From Ptychomitrium polyphyllum (Eukaryota): a stretch of 64,000 nt of DNA. This document shows, in pieces, positions 37,213 to 49,181 of this stretch. Every line of letters starts with the position of its first letter. The first letter of the stretch is position 1. Where the stretch lies: assembly GCA_973851085.1 (NCBI GenBank), contig OZ316776.1, positions 4,712,001 through 4,776,000 on the forward strand. Reading direction: 5' to 3'. The notes below the pieces were generated by a model. That model saw nothing but the letters and a program-made list of their open reading frames with translations, did no database searches and was not told the DNA's origin. Position numbers and translations under genes: made by a program.

Positions 37213-39938
37213 TCAATAACAACTCTCAGGGTCAGACAATGTTGCACCCAGTTCCCCACGGGCTTTTAGCTGCAAAACGATATCACCACCACCAACCAGC
37301 TCGCCATTATGATACAGCTGGGGAAACGTAGGCCAGTTGGAGTAGGCCAGAAGTCCTTTCCGAACTTCGTCATCGTCCAATATATTGTAGGTTCCAAACG
37401 GAATGCCTTCATCCCACAATGCTTGCACAACCTTGGAGCCAAGTCCACCGCAAGGTTCCTCAGGTGTTCCTTTCATAAATAACACTATCCGATTGGATGT
37501 GGTTAACTTTTTAATACGCGATTCCAAGCTCTCCTTTACAAGTTGCAAGCCCTTCTCAGTCAGGACCTGTTAATGTTTTTTTTTGATGAATAAATCATAT
37601 TCTACAGGCAGAAAGTTGTACCAAAATTGCCTAGCGCAGGTTTCAGAAGGACAAAACATTGATGTACTAATATAAAAAACACAACCAATCAGGAACAGAC
37701 GCCCAAGAAGACAAGGTGATAAAGCAACTGAAAACTTTACAGCATTTATTAGTCCACTCGCAAAGCTGGAACTATATTCAGGTGTAAACAAGATGTCACC
37801 CCTAACTAAACGCCTCGAGGTGACATAAAAGCACGGCTTTGCGTTATTTCAGGGAGATAGAGTCGCACCAGACAGGAATCCCTCAGGCATTATGAAGTAC
37901 CTCATTTAACTCGCCATTCTCATGCATTTCCAGAACTATGTCGCAACCACCAATAAATTCGCCCTTGACGTACAGCTGAGGATATGTAGGCCAATTAGAA
38001 TACTCCTTCAGACCTTGTCTCACCGCCTCATCACTCAATATATCGAAACTACCATATTCTAAGCCCTCTTCTTTGAGTGCCTGCACCACCTTTCGGCTGA
38101 ACCCACAGCGCGGCTCGTTCGGGATTCCCTTCATGAACAACATTATGGGATGTTCCTGCACAAGTTGCTCCAGTCTGGCCTGTATACTAGTTCCACCAGC
38201 GCCTTCTTCAGCCGGTTCAGGTACGGAAGAGGCAACTGCGTCCTTAGGGGCCACTTCCTCAGAAACAGCGGGTTCAACAACCACTTCTCTTGCGGCTTGG
38301 TACGAATAATGCTTTGAATGGGCTGGCAGGATTTCCTTCTCCTCCAGTATCTGACAGCAATTATCAAATTCCAAGTATTAATCCACTGCTAGGTATCAGA
38401 AAAACGCTACCAGAAGCTCAAAACGAGGATACTGTTGAGAACGTCCTTTTTACATACTTGCGCAATGGCTAGATATAGAAGCACTGAATCAAGGGTGGAC
38501 ACTAACCTCCCTGAGTTCTCCATTTTCCTTCATCTCTAGAACAATGTCACAGCCGCCAATGAGCTCTCCTTTTACATACAGCTGAGGATACGTTGGCCAG
38601 TTTGAATAGCTTTTCAAGCCTTGTCTTACTATATCATCCTTTAAGATGTCAAAGCTGCCAAATTCCAGGCCCTCCGAAATCAAAGCATCCACAATCTTTC
38701 CGCTGAATCCACAACGCGGCTCTTCTGGAGTACCTTTCATGAACAACATAATGGGGTTGGAATTGATCAATCTGTAAAGCGCTCCTTTCTCAAACTCGGA
38801 AATAGTCTCGACGGCAGCACCCTTGCCAGGTGGATTAGAGTGGGAATGCGGGGCCAGGTTTTTCTTCACTGCTTCTATAACGTTCGATCCGGCAGCAAAT
38901 CCCACGCTTGCGGGGCTAGCTTCTTTTACAGACGTGTTAGGACCCGCCCATGTGGCCACTTTGTTTGCCAGTTCAGGGGCATTTGCACCTTGTAGCTTGT
39001 CAACGACCACGCCATCCTAGTAACTCCAGATGTTATTAGTAAGTGCTCTAGGAGAAGAAGTTTAAAGTGAGCACAAGATACAAAACAAAGGGAATGCAAA
39101 CCAGAAAGAGCGCCTGCCTTTTTAAACAGGATCCTGCTATCTCCTTACCTTAAGGAACAGGAAATAAGGAACTGCACCAACATCGTAAGCGTCTGAGATC
39201 TCCGCCTGCTCCTCGGCCTCTACCTGTTTTGCCAAATTACAAAAGATGATGATCAACGTTAAGCTGAGGGACTGCGAATATTCTTACCATAATCCCACCT
39301 GCTCTAGACGTCAACACAGATGAGTGCGTCTATTACTTAGGCACACTCACAATAATGGATCCATGATTGCACGTGCATTCTAATGTCAATCAATCAAGGG
39401 GGTGGTGAAAATTGATCCATCTAAGGCTCATATAATCGAAGCATGTGAATTTACAAATAAAGGACGCAAATAACACTAGTTGTAAGCATACTTGCAATTA
39501 CACATTGCAATTTCAAAATAGCAAAGCAGCCAGCCAACTTGTAACATACATCGTCTCCAATTCTCTTAAAACACATTGATATGAAACAGCAAGAAGACGA
39601 AGCCAACACATGACAACTAGGGTTGTAGATGCATCAACGGAGGGTAAAAAGAAGTGCATCACAATATCTGGAAGGTACAATGCTGTCTCTGTCATAAACA
39701 CCGAATCAAATAGGAAACGAACGGATGCCAAATTGATATAAGCAATGATGGAAGAAAGAAAGGAACGCACTCGAAAGAAGTGAGCTTGAGGAGCATCGAC
39801 AGCGAGCTGTGCAAGCACAGGCTCCATAGCTCTGGAGGGCTCGCACCATGATGCCCAGAAGTGCAGCACCGATATGCCCCTCTTCACTGCCTCATCCAAT
39901 TCACTCTTCGAAGACACATTTTTCACACCCCCCGTCAT
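37213..39938 (-). CDS. GRXS17: Multidomain monothiol glutaredoxin (Trx-like domain plus three Grx domains), ~518 aa
   Basis: Exons 39938-39771, 39223-39149, 39016-38507, 38350-37901, 37566-37213. The N-terminal Trx-like domain has [10 protein letters not shown]. Grx domains 1 and 2 have LFMKG.P.EPRCGFS...[20 protein letters not shown]. Domain 3 has EPCGGLGS and GGGDI. Confidence 0.95.
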
Positions 39939-40135
39939 CTCTTCCCCCCACCAGCCTCCTCTCAACCACGATCGCCCCTCACCAAACCTCCTCCTGCCCC
40001 AATCAATCCCTTGACACCATCAAAATCAGAACTCCCATCTTAAAAACACCAAACTCCATGTCCAATTCCCCACCAATCCACAACAACGGTTTCAACCTCC
40101 AAACAACACTCGTAAGCATAGAATGGTCTCACTAC

Positions 40136-40602
40136 CATGCAAAAGCACTTTAAATTGACCGAAACTCCAGAGAGTCCGCACCTCAACTGATGAAATCATG
40201 CCAGATATATGACGTTTGCCACTTAAGGCGACATTGGGTCGCAAAGATAAAAGCAAAGGTAAAAAAAATTGGGAAGGAGATTCATGCACAAGTACCCTAA
40301 ACTGACAGAAACCTCCAGAAAGCCAGCACCCCAAGTGATGAAATCACAGTGCACATGCCCAATTCATGACTTACTCGCAACTGAAGGCGATATCAGGTAG
40401 CAGAATCGACGGCGAGATTCAAGTTCAGATAAAACTTGGCACCACCATGCACAAGTACCCTAAGTTGACCGAAACCTTCACAAAATCCGATACCCTAACT
40501 GATGAAATCACACTGGAGTCATGCCAAACTTATGACCTTTCCCAGTGAAAAACAACACTGGGTAGAATCCACGGCGAGATTCAAGCACGGATAAAAACTC
40601 CG
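40136..40602. repeat. Three diverged tandem repeats (periods ~147 and ~163 bp) upstream of the GRXS17 start codon
   Basis: Units start at 40136, 40283 and 40446 and share CATGCA(C/A)AAG.AC..TAA..TGAC.GAAAC, TGATGAAATCA, CATGCC..ATGAC and GATAAAA. Units 2 and 3 also share ACGGCGAGATTCAAG. Confidence 0.85.
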
Positions 40603-40940
40603 CAGGATGCTCGTAGCGTAACACGAAACTGATAGGACGATTGAGGCAGGCAAGAGAGCTGTAACTGCTGCCGAGGGCGATTCTGAGCGGCGATCGAAGG
40701 TGGTGCCAAGTGGGACGTCAGAGCATCATGAGCGGCATGCAAACTTCCATTGCAACTGCGCAGATTCCGTGGCAACGAGTTTGTGCGAAGATGCCGTCTC
40801 TTCGTAGCCTGGCAGGTCGCTTGCTCGCTCTCTAGCAGATGGGTCCACGGTCGTGGATGGGTTCACGGTCTTCGGTGGCTGATGAGACTCTGCTCCTCGG
40901 TACGCGCGCGTCAGTTGTGTTAGTGGGTTGGCAACTCTCC

Positions 40941-40968
40941 GGGGCCCGGATAACGTTATCCGGGCCCC
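40941..40968. repeat. Perfect 28-bp palindrome
   Basis: GGGGCCCGGATAAC|GTTATCCGGGCCCC is its own reverse complement. Confidence 0.95.
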
Positions 40969-42502
40969 TTCTAAAATTTACTTCTAAAGCCCTTCATTCT
41001 AAATAATGAAGAACCCAAGCATAAAAAACTTTTAGTTCAACTTTCAGTATCTTGAACATTTTTTTATCAAATGAAAATAACAATTGTTTGTCTTATTTTA
41101 TATTTTGATGTTGTTTTAAGAATCCTAAGCTCATTCATTAATTCCACAAGATTTGTGCTTTATAAACATTTGAAAAACTACTTGTCTTCACTTGATATGT
41201 TCTATATTTTGGTAATTACAAACTTAATTTTGAACCATAAATTCTTAAGTTTGGTATTAAAATAGATTTAGTTCTTTTTTATTTCTAAATATAAATCCAT
41301 TGGTAATAAAATTCATTTTACTTAATATTTTTAAATTATTTTATTTCAAAATCATATTTGCTACTTGAAGTGGCATTGGATTCTAAGCCACATTTGAGAA
41401 ATAATGTAACTCAATTTATTAAAAAAATCATCAATTTGTATGAACTTCAAATTAATTGACCTTGTTAGTGCCAACTAAATTTTGAAGAAGTTCTTTAGGT
41501 GGAAAAACTCTCTTAACTTGAAATCCTTTGCCAAGCCAAATTTAGTAGGTGTCTTTGAAAGATTTTCCTATTATAGTTTTGTTTGGATTTGACCATTTAG
41601 CCATTTAGTAAAACTTAGAGTTTCTTTTATTAATTGCACTTTTAGACTCTTCCTATGTGGAATAAGACTTGTTGTGATTTCTTTTTTATTCTATGAAAAT
41701 GTACTTCTTATACATTTTTGTTTGGTATTGTAGACAACAAATATGTTGTACATTACAAATTTTATTTACACAATATATTCTAAAATTTGTAGGTAACCAT
41801 CTATGTCTTCATGCACACCAGTGAAAGTGAAATCTTTTTGTGCCTTGCCCTACTGCTAAAAAGATGATAAAATTGGTATATATATGCATCCAAGTACATG
41901 ATGTGATGTATGCTACTGAATGTGGTGTGGATACCTTGTTGAATCACGGTTTGGGCCAACTATTGTACCTTTCGGCAAAAGTTTCCAGTGTTGTAAGCCC
42001 TAGTTCAAACGCTCCAAATGCTACAAATCTGGAGCAATTTGCTGAATAATGTGGGCATGGGGGGCCAATAATGGTTACACTTGATGATACACGTGAGGTC
42101 ACGTACTGCGATACCCCTACCGAGCGTTCCCGGGGTTCCAACGGTTCCCAGCGCGTAAACGGACTGGTCGAACGCGGTCATAGACTTGCAAACGCACCCC
42201 TACCCCCGAGCCCCAAGATAGAACGACGAAAACGATGGCGTGAGGGCAACTTCGCATCGCCACCGCAGATCGCAGAATCCATGCACGCGCCTAGATGCCA
42301 CATGGAGCAAGAATAGAAAGGATGGTGTCTGCGTTAACGTTGGACGAGAAAGGCGGATGAGTGGGGGCCGGGAATCTGGATCCTGCGTTGCAGCGTTGCA
42401 CACACCGCTCCACCTCCAGCTCCCCCACACGGCCTGCATCCCCAATACCTCTCTGCACCCACACTCCACAACCCCTGCCAGAGCTTCCTCCAGGCTGCAG
42501 CT

Positions 42503-45500
42503 ATGGCGTGCGGGAGAATCATCAAGCTCAGTGCCGTGCTGCTCCTCTGCAGCTTGGCTCTAGTCGCTCAGGTGCCGTCTTCCCCCTCTCTTGTGGGGTT
42601 CTGATCATGGATCAATAACAGTGAGTTTTGGGCTAGAGCAGGGAGTTTTGGTTCGAAGTGGGAGTTTGGGGTCGCAGGAAAGAGTTCTGGATGTTTTTTT
42701 TTTCCTTGTTGGGTGTTTTGTAGGTTCTGGTGGATTCGAATGTCGGGTTGCAGGGTTGTAGAGTGTTGTTTGGAGTTTGTGTGCTTGATGTGGGGTTAGT
42801 TGGAATGGAACATGTGTGATGGTGGTAGTGGTTGGCTGGTTGGTTGTTGTTCAGGTAGTGTTCGCTTGTTAGGGAGGTGGGGTGGGTTTTCCTGGAGTTT
42901 CGATTTGGTGTTGGAGGATGAGAAAAAGATTATGTTTTTAGATGTGTACTAGTTGGAGGTCCACTACCCTAACAGATTTCTGTAGACGTGGTTGTAATCT
43001 GTTTTGTTTTTTTGGTTCTTTTAGTTTCTCTTTAGAAGGAAACATTGATTTTCAGCTTGGACTGATGGATTCGAGTGCTAGATTGGTTTTCACTAGTGTA
43101 GCATGTACTGATTTCCTTTTCTTAAGAAATACGTATGATTTTTACGATAGTGTGAGGGATTGATGCTTCCTTTTGGATGCTGTTCTTGTCTAGTGTTGAG
43201 TTGTGCGAATGTAACCTTGCCTAAGCAAAGTACGCTGTTTTTTTGTGAATTTACACTGTTTCGATTGTATGGTTTTCCGATTGGACATTAATGGATATGT
43301 GCTGATATTATGGTTGACAAATTGTTTTTTCTTTGATCGCAGGCTGCTAGGCCTGAGCCTGAGCTACTCGAGAATAACAGACTCATCCATCAGGTACTTC
43401 CACTAGTCTTTGTGTGTTAGTATTGTAGTAGACTGTTCAGGAACTTTGTTTTCTATGATTGATCACTATGCTCAATTTATTGTGGAGTATGATTGAAGTT
43501 GCACGAGCTTTTTTCTTGTTGATGAGCGACAATCTAATGACATTTGCCTTTTTTGTAGAATTTCTTTACACGGCTTACTTCTGTCAGCTGAATCAAGCAT
43601 TTAGTACCATGACATGTGTGTTCATCATTATCCAGTAACTTAACTGTTTTGCTCTATGGTGGATGGGATGATGAACAGCAATCGCTTGTCGACAAAATCA
43701 ATGCTCACCCTGGAGCAACCTGGAAAGCTGGCCTCAATGAGCGCTTTGCAAGACACACTGTACGTTTCCGTGAATTTGCTCATTCGTCGGAGTCTTCTTA
43801 GTTCTTACTAATTAAGTGGCTTGTCCTATCATTGTTTTAAAAATGCTAGCCTAACAATTGTTTGTAATCGTCCAGATCGAGCATCTGAAGAAAATGTGCG
43901 GTGCTATCATGACACCCGCTAACAAGTTGGAGCCCTCGATCGAGAGGGTCACCCATAAGCATAAGAAGTTAGATCTGCCCCAGGAGTTTGATGCCCGTAA
44001 ACATTGGGATAGATGTTCGACAATTGGTGATATCTTAGGTAAGTTAAGCGTTTTAAAATAAGTATTTTAATATTCCTGTTTCATGAAGTTAATATCTGTT
44101 CAGTGTTCTCAACATGATTGTCTTTCTATGCATTAGATGTAAAACAGCAACTTGACTGGTGTTTTTGAATGTTTTCACAGCCGGAAATTTGTTCTGTGTG
44201 ATGTGTGTGTGCTGATAACCCTGAATGAAATTGTGCTTAATTCAGATCAGGGTCATTGTGGATCGTGCTGGGCATTTGGAGCAGTGGAGTCGTTGACTGA
44301 TCGTTTCTGCATTCACATGAATGAAGTGAGTAATCTAATTTGAGATCTATCGTAGACCGTGACAATCATGTACAGTGATCTTATTAGTGGTGAGTTGCCT
44401 CAGAGACTTGGGTACACAGGGTTTGAGCTTTTCGTTCTTTGTGGTCTTAATGTTTTTGATCCAAGTTGAATTGTGAGCGATTTTAAACGATATGCTTTGA
44501 TTGGCATTGCAGAGCGTGTCACTATCAGAGAACGACCTCTTAGCCTGCTGTGGATTTGAGTGCGGCGATGGCTGTGACGGTGGATACCCCATCAGGGCTT
44601 GGCAATACTTCAAACGCACCGGAGTTGTGACGAGCAAGGTGTGTCATTGTTCCCCCTTATATGCAACGACGTGCAATGGAAGGGCTCGACCTCGTTGTAT
44701 GTGTTTGATTCTGTTCACGACATTCAGACCATCTTTACAGAGGTTTTAGGCACGTATCACGAATCTAGCAAATTCAGCTATTGTATTTGATCAAGTTTAA
44801 TGAACATCCCTATGAGTAGTAAATCCTCCCAAGAATCGGGACTTGTATACCGATTTATCCTAGGTTTCTGGGAGGGATTATTCGAGTCGAGATAATCTGC
44901 TATGTCAACTTAGTCTCTCACCTTCAGTGTATCAAGGTCCTTGAATGTATGAGTCTTGCTTGTACGACGAGCCCAAACCCTCTGCAACGATAATCATAAT
45001 ATCGCGGATATAATCAAACACATACAACAAGGACGAGCACGGTTTGCCGTTTTGCTTTGACGTGTTTGTACGGATGAGCAAAGCGAGTGCTACATTTTCG
45101 TACGTCTTTGAGTAGCAAGTATCTGTAGCTCACAGTTAGGTCGAAATTATTACTGATGTATATTTAGAATATGCTTTTTGTATGACATTTGTGTGAACTT
45201 AGAAGTCTAGTTATTTTCAGTTTAGGGTTGCTAATTATTTCACCTTGAGATTTGCACTGTAGTTTTGATCGTTTAGTATCTGTGCAGGGTCGAGAAGGAT
45301 AACAATCGTGTGACCAGTGCTCAGCACTAAAATCTTGTCTTGGTCTCGCATCAAATTTGTGGGAACTTAACCATCATTGTTTTTTGCGTGCAGTGTGACC
45401 CATACTTCGATCAGACCGGTTGCGGTCACCCAGGCTGCTATCCTACATATGAAACACCTAGGTGCGAGAAGCAATGCGTCGATGATGAATTTTGGGTCAG

Positions 45501-46282
45501 GTCTAAGCATCTTGGCGTCAGTGCGTATGAGGTTTCCCTGGAACCTGAGGACCTAATGGCTGAGCTTTACACCAATGGGCCTATTGAAGTGGCCTTCGAC
45601 GTTTTTGAGGTAAGTATTTAGAACTCGGGCAATGTGGTTGGCAGTCATGTTACCGCAACCTTTGAAATTGCATTTCTGCTGAAAAGCATGTAATTCTGAT
45701 ACAGTTTCTAACTTAGTGGCAAGAAGTATCTCACTCTCGTAGTGATTTTGAAGGTAATAATGCAAGGTCGTGCTACGGGAGTAAGATGATCTACTTTGCA
45801 TCATTTTACACCGTTTTTCTTTGATAGGCTGATTCTTTGCTGTTGCTAATTGTAACCATCTCGATTTGAAGTAACGACTTGAAATTCTGTCTATGCAGGA
45901 TTTTGCACACTATAAAACTGGTGTGTACAAGCACCTGTACGGTGGTTACATGGGAGGTCACGCTGTGAAGCTCATTGGTTGGGGAACTACCAACGATGGT
46001 GTGGACTATTGGGTACGTGAAGTTCACTACATTCTTAGATGTTGACGATAACGCTAAAGTAACTTGTTATTTCTGTTTATCCTCTAGGAACATGTTGTAA
46101 TGCATTAGTGCATCCTGTGACTCCTATCTTCATTGTCCGTGCAGATCATTGTGAACTCTTGGAACACAAACTGGGGAGAGGATGGTATCTTCCGTATTGT
46201 GCGGGGCAACGACGAATGTGGCATTGAGAGCAATGCAGTAGCCGGTCTACCTTCTGACAAGGGTCTGCATTCTGCTCTGTAA
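42503..46282 (+). CDS. CTB: Cathepsin B-like cysteine protease (papain family C1A), ~345 aa
   Basis: Exons 42503-42571, 43343-43393, 43679-43759, 43876-44038, 44246-44325, 44513-44638, 45394-45609, 45899-46012, 46145-46282. Signal peptide, [11 protein letters not shown], catalytic [17 protein letters not shown], plant-type occluding loop [26 protein letters not shown] and [11 protein letters not shown]. Confidence 0.96.
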
Positions 46283-47033
46283 TAGGCAGAAGAACTCTAC
46301 CAGATAACTACAGTGCAGGTTCTTGCACAGATCACTGTTCTGTACACCAACTTTACTACTGTAAATCTGCCTTTAAACTTAGAAAGCGTATTCCCTCCTT
46401 AGTGAAAGAAAGAAAAGAAAGTGGCTGATTTGTTAGCGTTTTCTCTAAATAGCGACCTTGAGTTAATCTAGTGCCGTAAGGCAGTAGCCTATTGTTACAG
46501 ATTAACTGGATGGTCTGTAGAGCATCCACGTATCTGGTGGTTGGATTAGGTGAACTCGGAAACGATTTTCCAATCACCATGTAGATAGAAGTGATTGAGT
46601 TCAGCGGCAAAATAGGTACCAAGCTGTGAACCAATTTGTGTTTCATGTAAATATTGCTATATTTGCTTGCCATTATTTATTCTATCCAACATTGCTGCTA
46701 AGGCTGTTGTTTGGAGTACAGCCCTGGATATCAAATTATTTCATAGTTAATTTGCAACTGCACTCATAACCTATTTTGTAAGCATTATCGGGACCTTCTA
46801 GATGTCTTATAGGCTTTTTTAAAGGGTCTGAGGAGAATAATACTCCTGACCTCCTCTCTATGCAAGGATGATACCATGAGGTCAAACACACGATGAGATT
46901 TGATTCTACTAAGGACCAGGATTCAGAGATTATCGGAGTAGCGTCTATAATGTCTTATTATATTTGTGCAACAAGTACCCTTAAAGTGGCCACTTGTGGG
47001 TATAAATAGTTACAATATCTACCAATAGTTTTT

Positions 47034-47215
47034 TTGTATGCATTTTAAATTTTTTCCTTTTAATATATTAGTAGTAGTATATGTTTATATAGTATTTTGG
47101 ACTTCTTATTTAAGAATGGTATTGTTGTATGCACTTTAAATTTTTTCCTTTTCATATATTAGTAGTAGTACATGTTTGTATAGTATTTTGGACTTCTTAT
47201 CTAAGAGTAATATTG
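47034..47215. repeat. 91-bp tandem duplication (2 copies) in an AT-rich block
   Basis: TTGTATGCA(T/C)TTTAAATTTTTTCCTTTT...TAGTATTTTGGACTTCTTAT.TAAGA...ATTG occurs at 47034 and 47125. Confidence 0.9.
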
Positions 47216-48567
47216 ATTATAAACAATATTATTTCTAAATGTTAAAGATTATTTAAATGTAATATTGGGAATGAACAAAAACCAATAATAATAAAAACTT
47301 TAGTATAAAGTTGATATAAGTGAAATACTTGTATATCTATACAAATGCTGGATAGATATTAATCAACATAACATTTCTTCAGTGAGTATTGGGATGATTT
47401 TCCATTTTTGAGTTTTTGTTAAAAAATTTATTTTAAATGAAATTAGAGCTTTTTAAACCAAAACAACAAATAACAAATAGAGGTTAAAAACTTATTAAAA
47501 ACGTGCGTGTAACAATCAATATAAAGAAAATTACATGTAGCAGTAAAAGAGAATAAATTTATCATGTATAAAAAATACGTAAAACTTTGTACTTTATTTG
47601 TTTATTGTAGCAAAAAGGCCGGCCTTTATTTTGATTCAAGGATGTCTAATGAATTAATAATTCTTTTGTAGATGCTCTGATTTCAAGCCAAGATGGAATT
47701 GGTTCATAGTAGGTGAGCTTAAAACCCACAACGACCCATTACCGTCCCACAAGAAAAGATGTCAACGTCAGCCTGTGAGTCGCATCGTACGTAAGGTGAT
47801 AGCTCACCAAATATAGAAAGAACTACAGAAATGCTTTGCAGTCACAGACGCGGAATAAGTGATGATGTGGCAAAGAAAAAATCACACAACCAAATAGTAT
47901 GTCGCCAAGTGGAGAATACTGAACCATGTGCCCAGCTCCACAGCCCCATTACCGTGGCTTGGGAGCCATTCACCATCGTCGACTCGTCGTTCTCATCGTT
48001 GGGGCATGCGAAAAATCTCAAGTATATCAACGGCATCCGATCGCATAGCGTATACATTTCGTATCCAAACGCATTACCTATGCTAAACGTATACCATCAG
48101 TATCATCCTTCATGCAGTTACTATGCGCTCAAACATACCAGGTCCTGTAGTTTCTTCAAAGGATTCAACTACCTTTCAGAAGATGTAACTTATCCTGCAG
48201 TAAAATGCAATCCGTGGGGTATGATTCTCGTCACGGTGGTTCAAAGTATATTACATAATTTTGAGTACATGAACCATTTCACGTCTCACGTTTATTGACC
48301 GTGTTAACTTGTATCAGGTACATCATTCGTATTAGCTGGTATCCAATAGACTAAAGAGTATCACTTGTCATGTATGGCAACCGTATCGCATATATTAACC
48401 GCAGTCGAGAAAACCAGGACCTGCCGCCGAGTTCTTGGCTTTCTAGAGCACTCTCAGCAGCCATTTGAATGATCCTATCGCTGCTCATAGCGATCTCCTA
48501 CCATTAATGTGAAAATATACAGTATGTGAAACAATTAACGAGCGTGCAGCTGCATAGCATCTCACCT

Positions 48568-48618
48568 TGTCGCATCCCTGTCGCTGCATCACTCCGACAA
48601 GCATCGTGACCTTGTCGC
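48568..48618 (+). promoter_or_regulatory. Cluster of TGTCGN auxin-response-element-like sites upstream of the PIN gene
   Basis: TGTCGC 48568-73, TGTCGC 48579-84, CCGACA (TGTCGG on the minus strand) 48594-99, TGTCGC 48613-18. Gaps are 5, 9 and 13 bp. Confidence 0.55.
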
Positions 48619-49181
48619 CACGGAAAATCGCACAAAGCAACAACTTGACGACCCACTGAGACGTGGACTTGCATCGATTCTCACGCACGGACCTGCAGCG
48701 AAGGTGGGACGAGGAGTCAGAGCTGGAGATTATTCCGGACCTGCACCGGATTATTCTCCGCCGTTGCGGAATCTGGAGCTCTCTAATGGTCGGGTGGAAT
48801 CTGAGTTCAGCCGAAGAGCCAACTTCCACCTCTGCCATCGACAAACTTGGGGAATATTCATACAGAATTCATCAAGTTCGGAGTTAGGTTGGGAGATTGA
48901 ACTCACCAAAACTCCAATTGACTCAACACGGACACGTTCTGTCTCGTCCAACTTTCTGCATGATGAGTGTTTAGGAAACTTTGGTGAAGCTTGGGCGAGT
49001 ATGACGTGAGTTTGTTCGGAATGGAATTTATTGCAGGCAGACGATCAATCGACTGGTGCTGCCCCAGCGAGGACAGACGCACTCTAAGAGGGAGTTGGGG
49101 CTCGGGTGTTATTGTGCTGCATTTGAGTGATATATTGTGTGGTTATAAATTGAGAATTGAGGAGGGAAGGGAAGGGGAACC

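Noticed and set aside
40136..40602. Tandem units read as a CRISPR-like array or a box C/D snoRNA cluster
   Set aside because: The whole units are homologous, with no unique spacers and no cas genes, and the context is eukaryotic. TGATGA is conserved but box D (CTGA) is not. Kept only as a tandem repeat.
44820..44880. Small hairpin (AATCCTCCCAAGA ... TCTGGGAGGGATT) in cathepsin B intron 6
   Set aside because: The stem is short and imperfect, and I recognise no miRNA or snoRNA signature.
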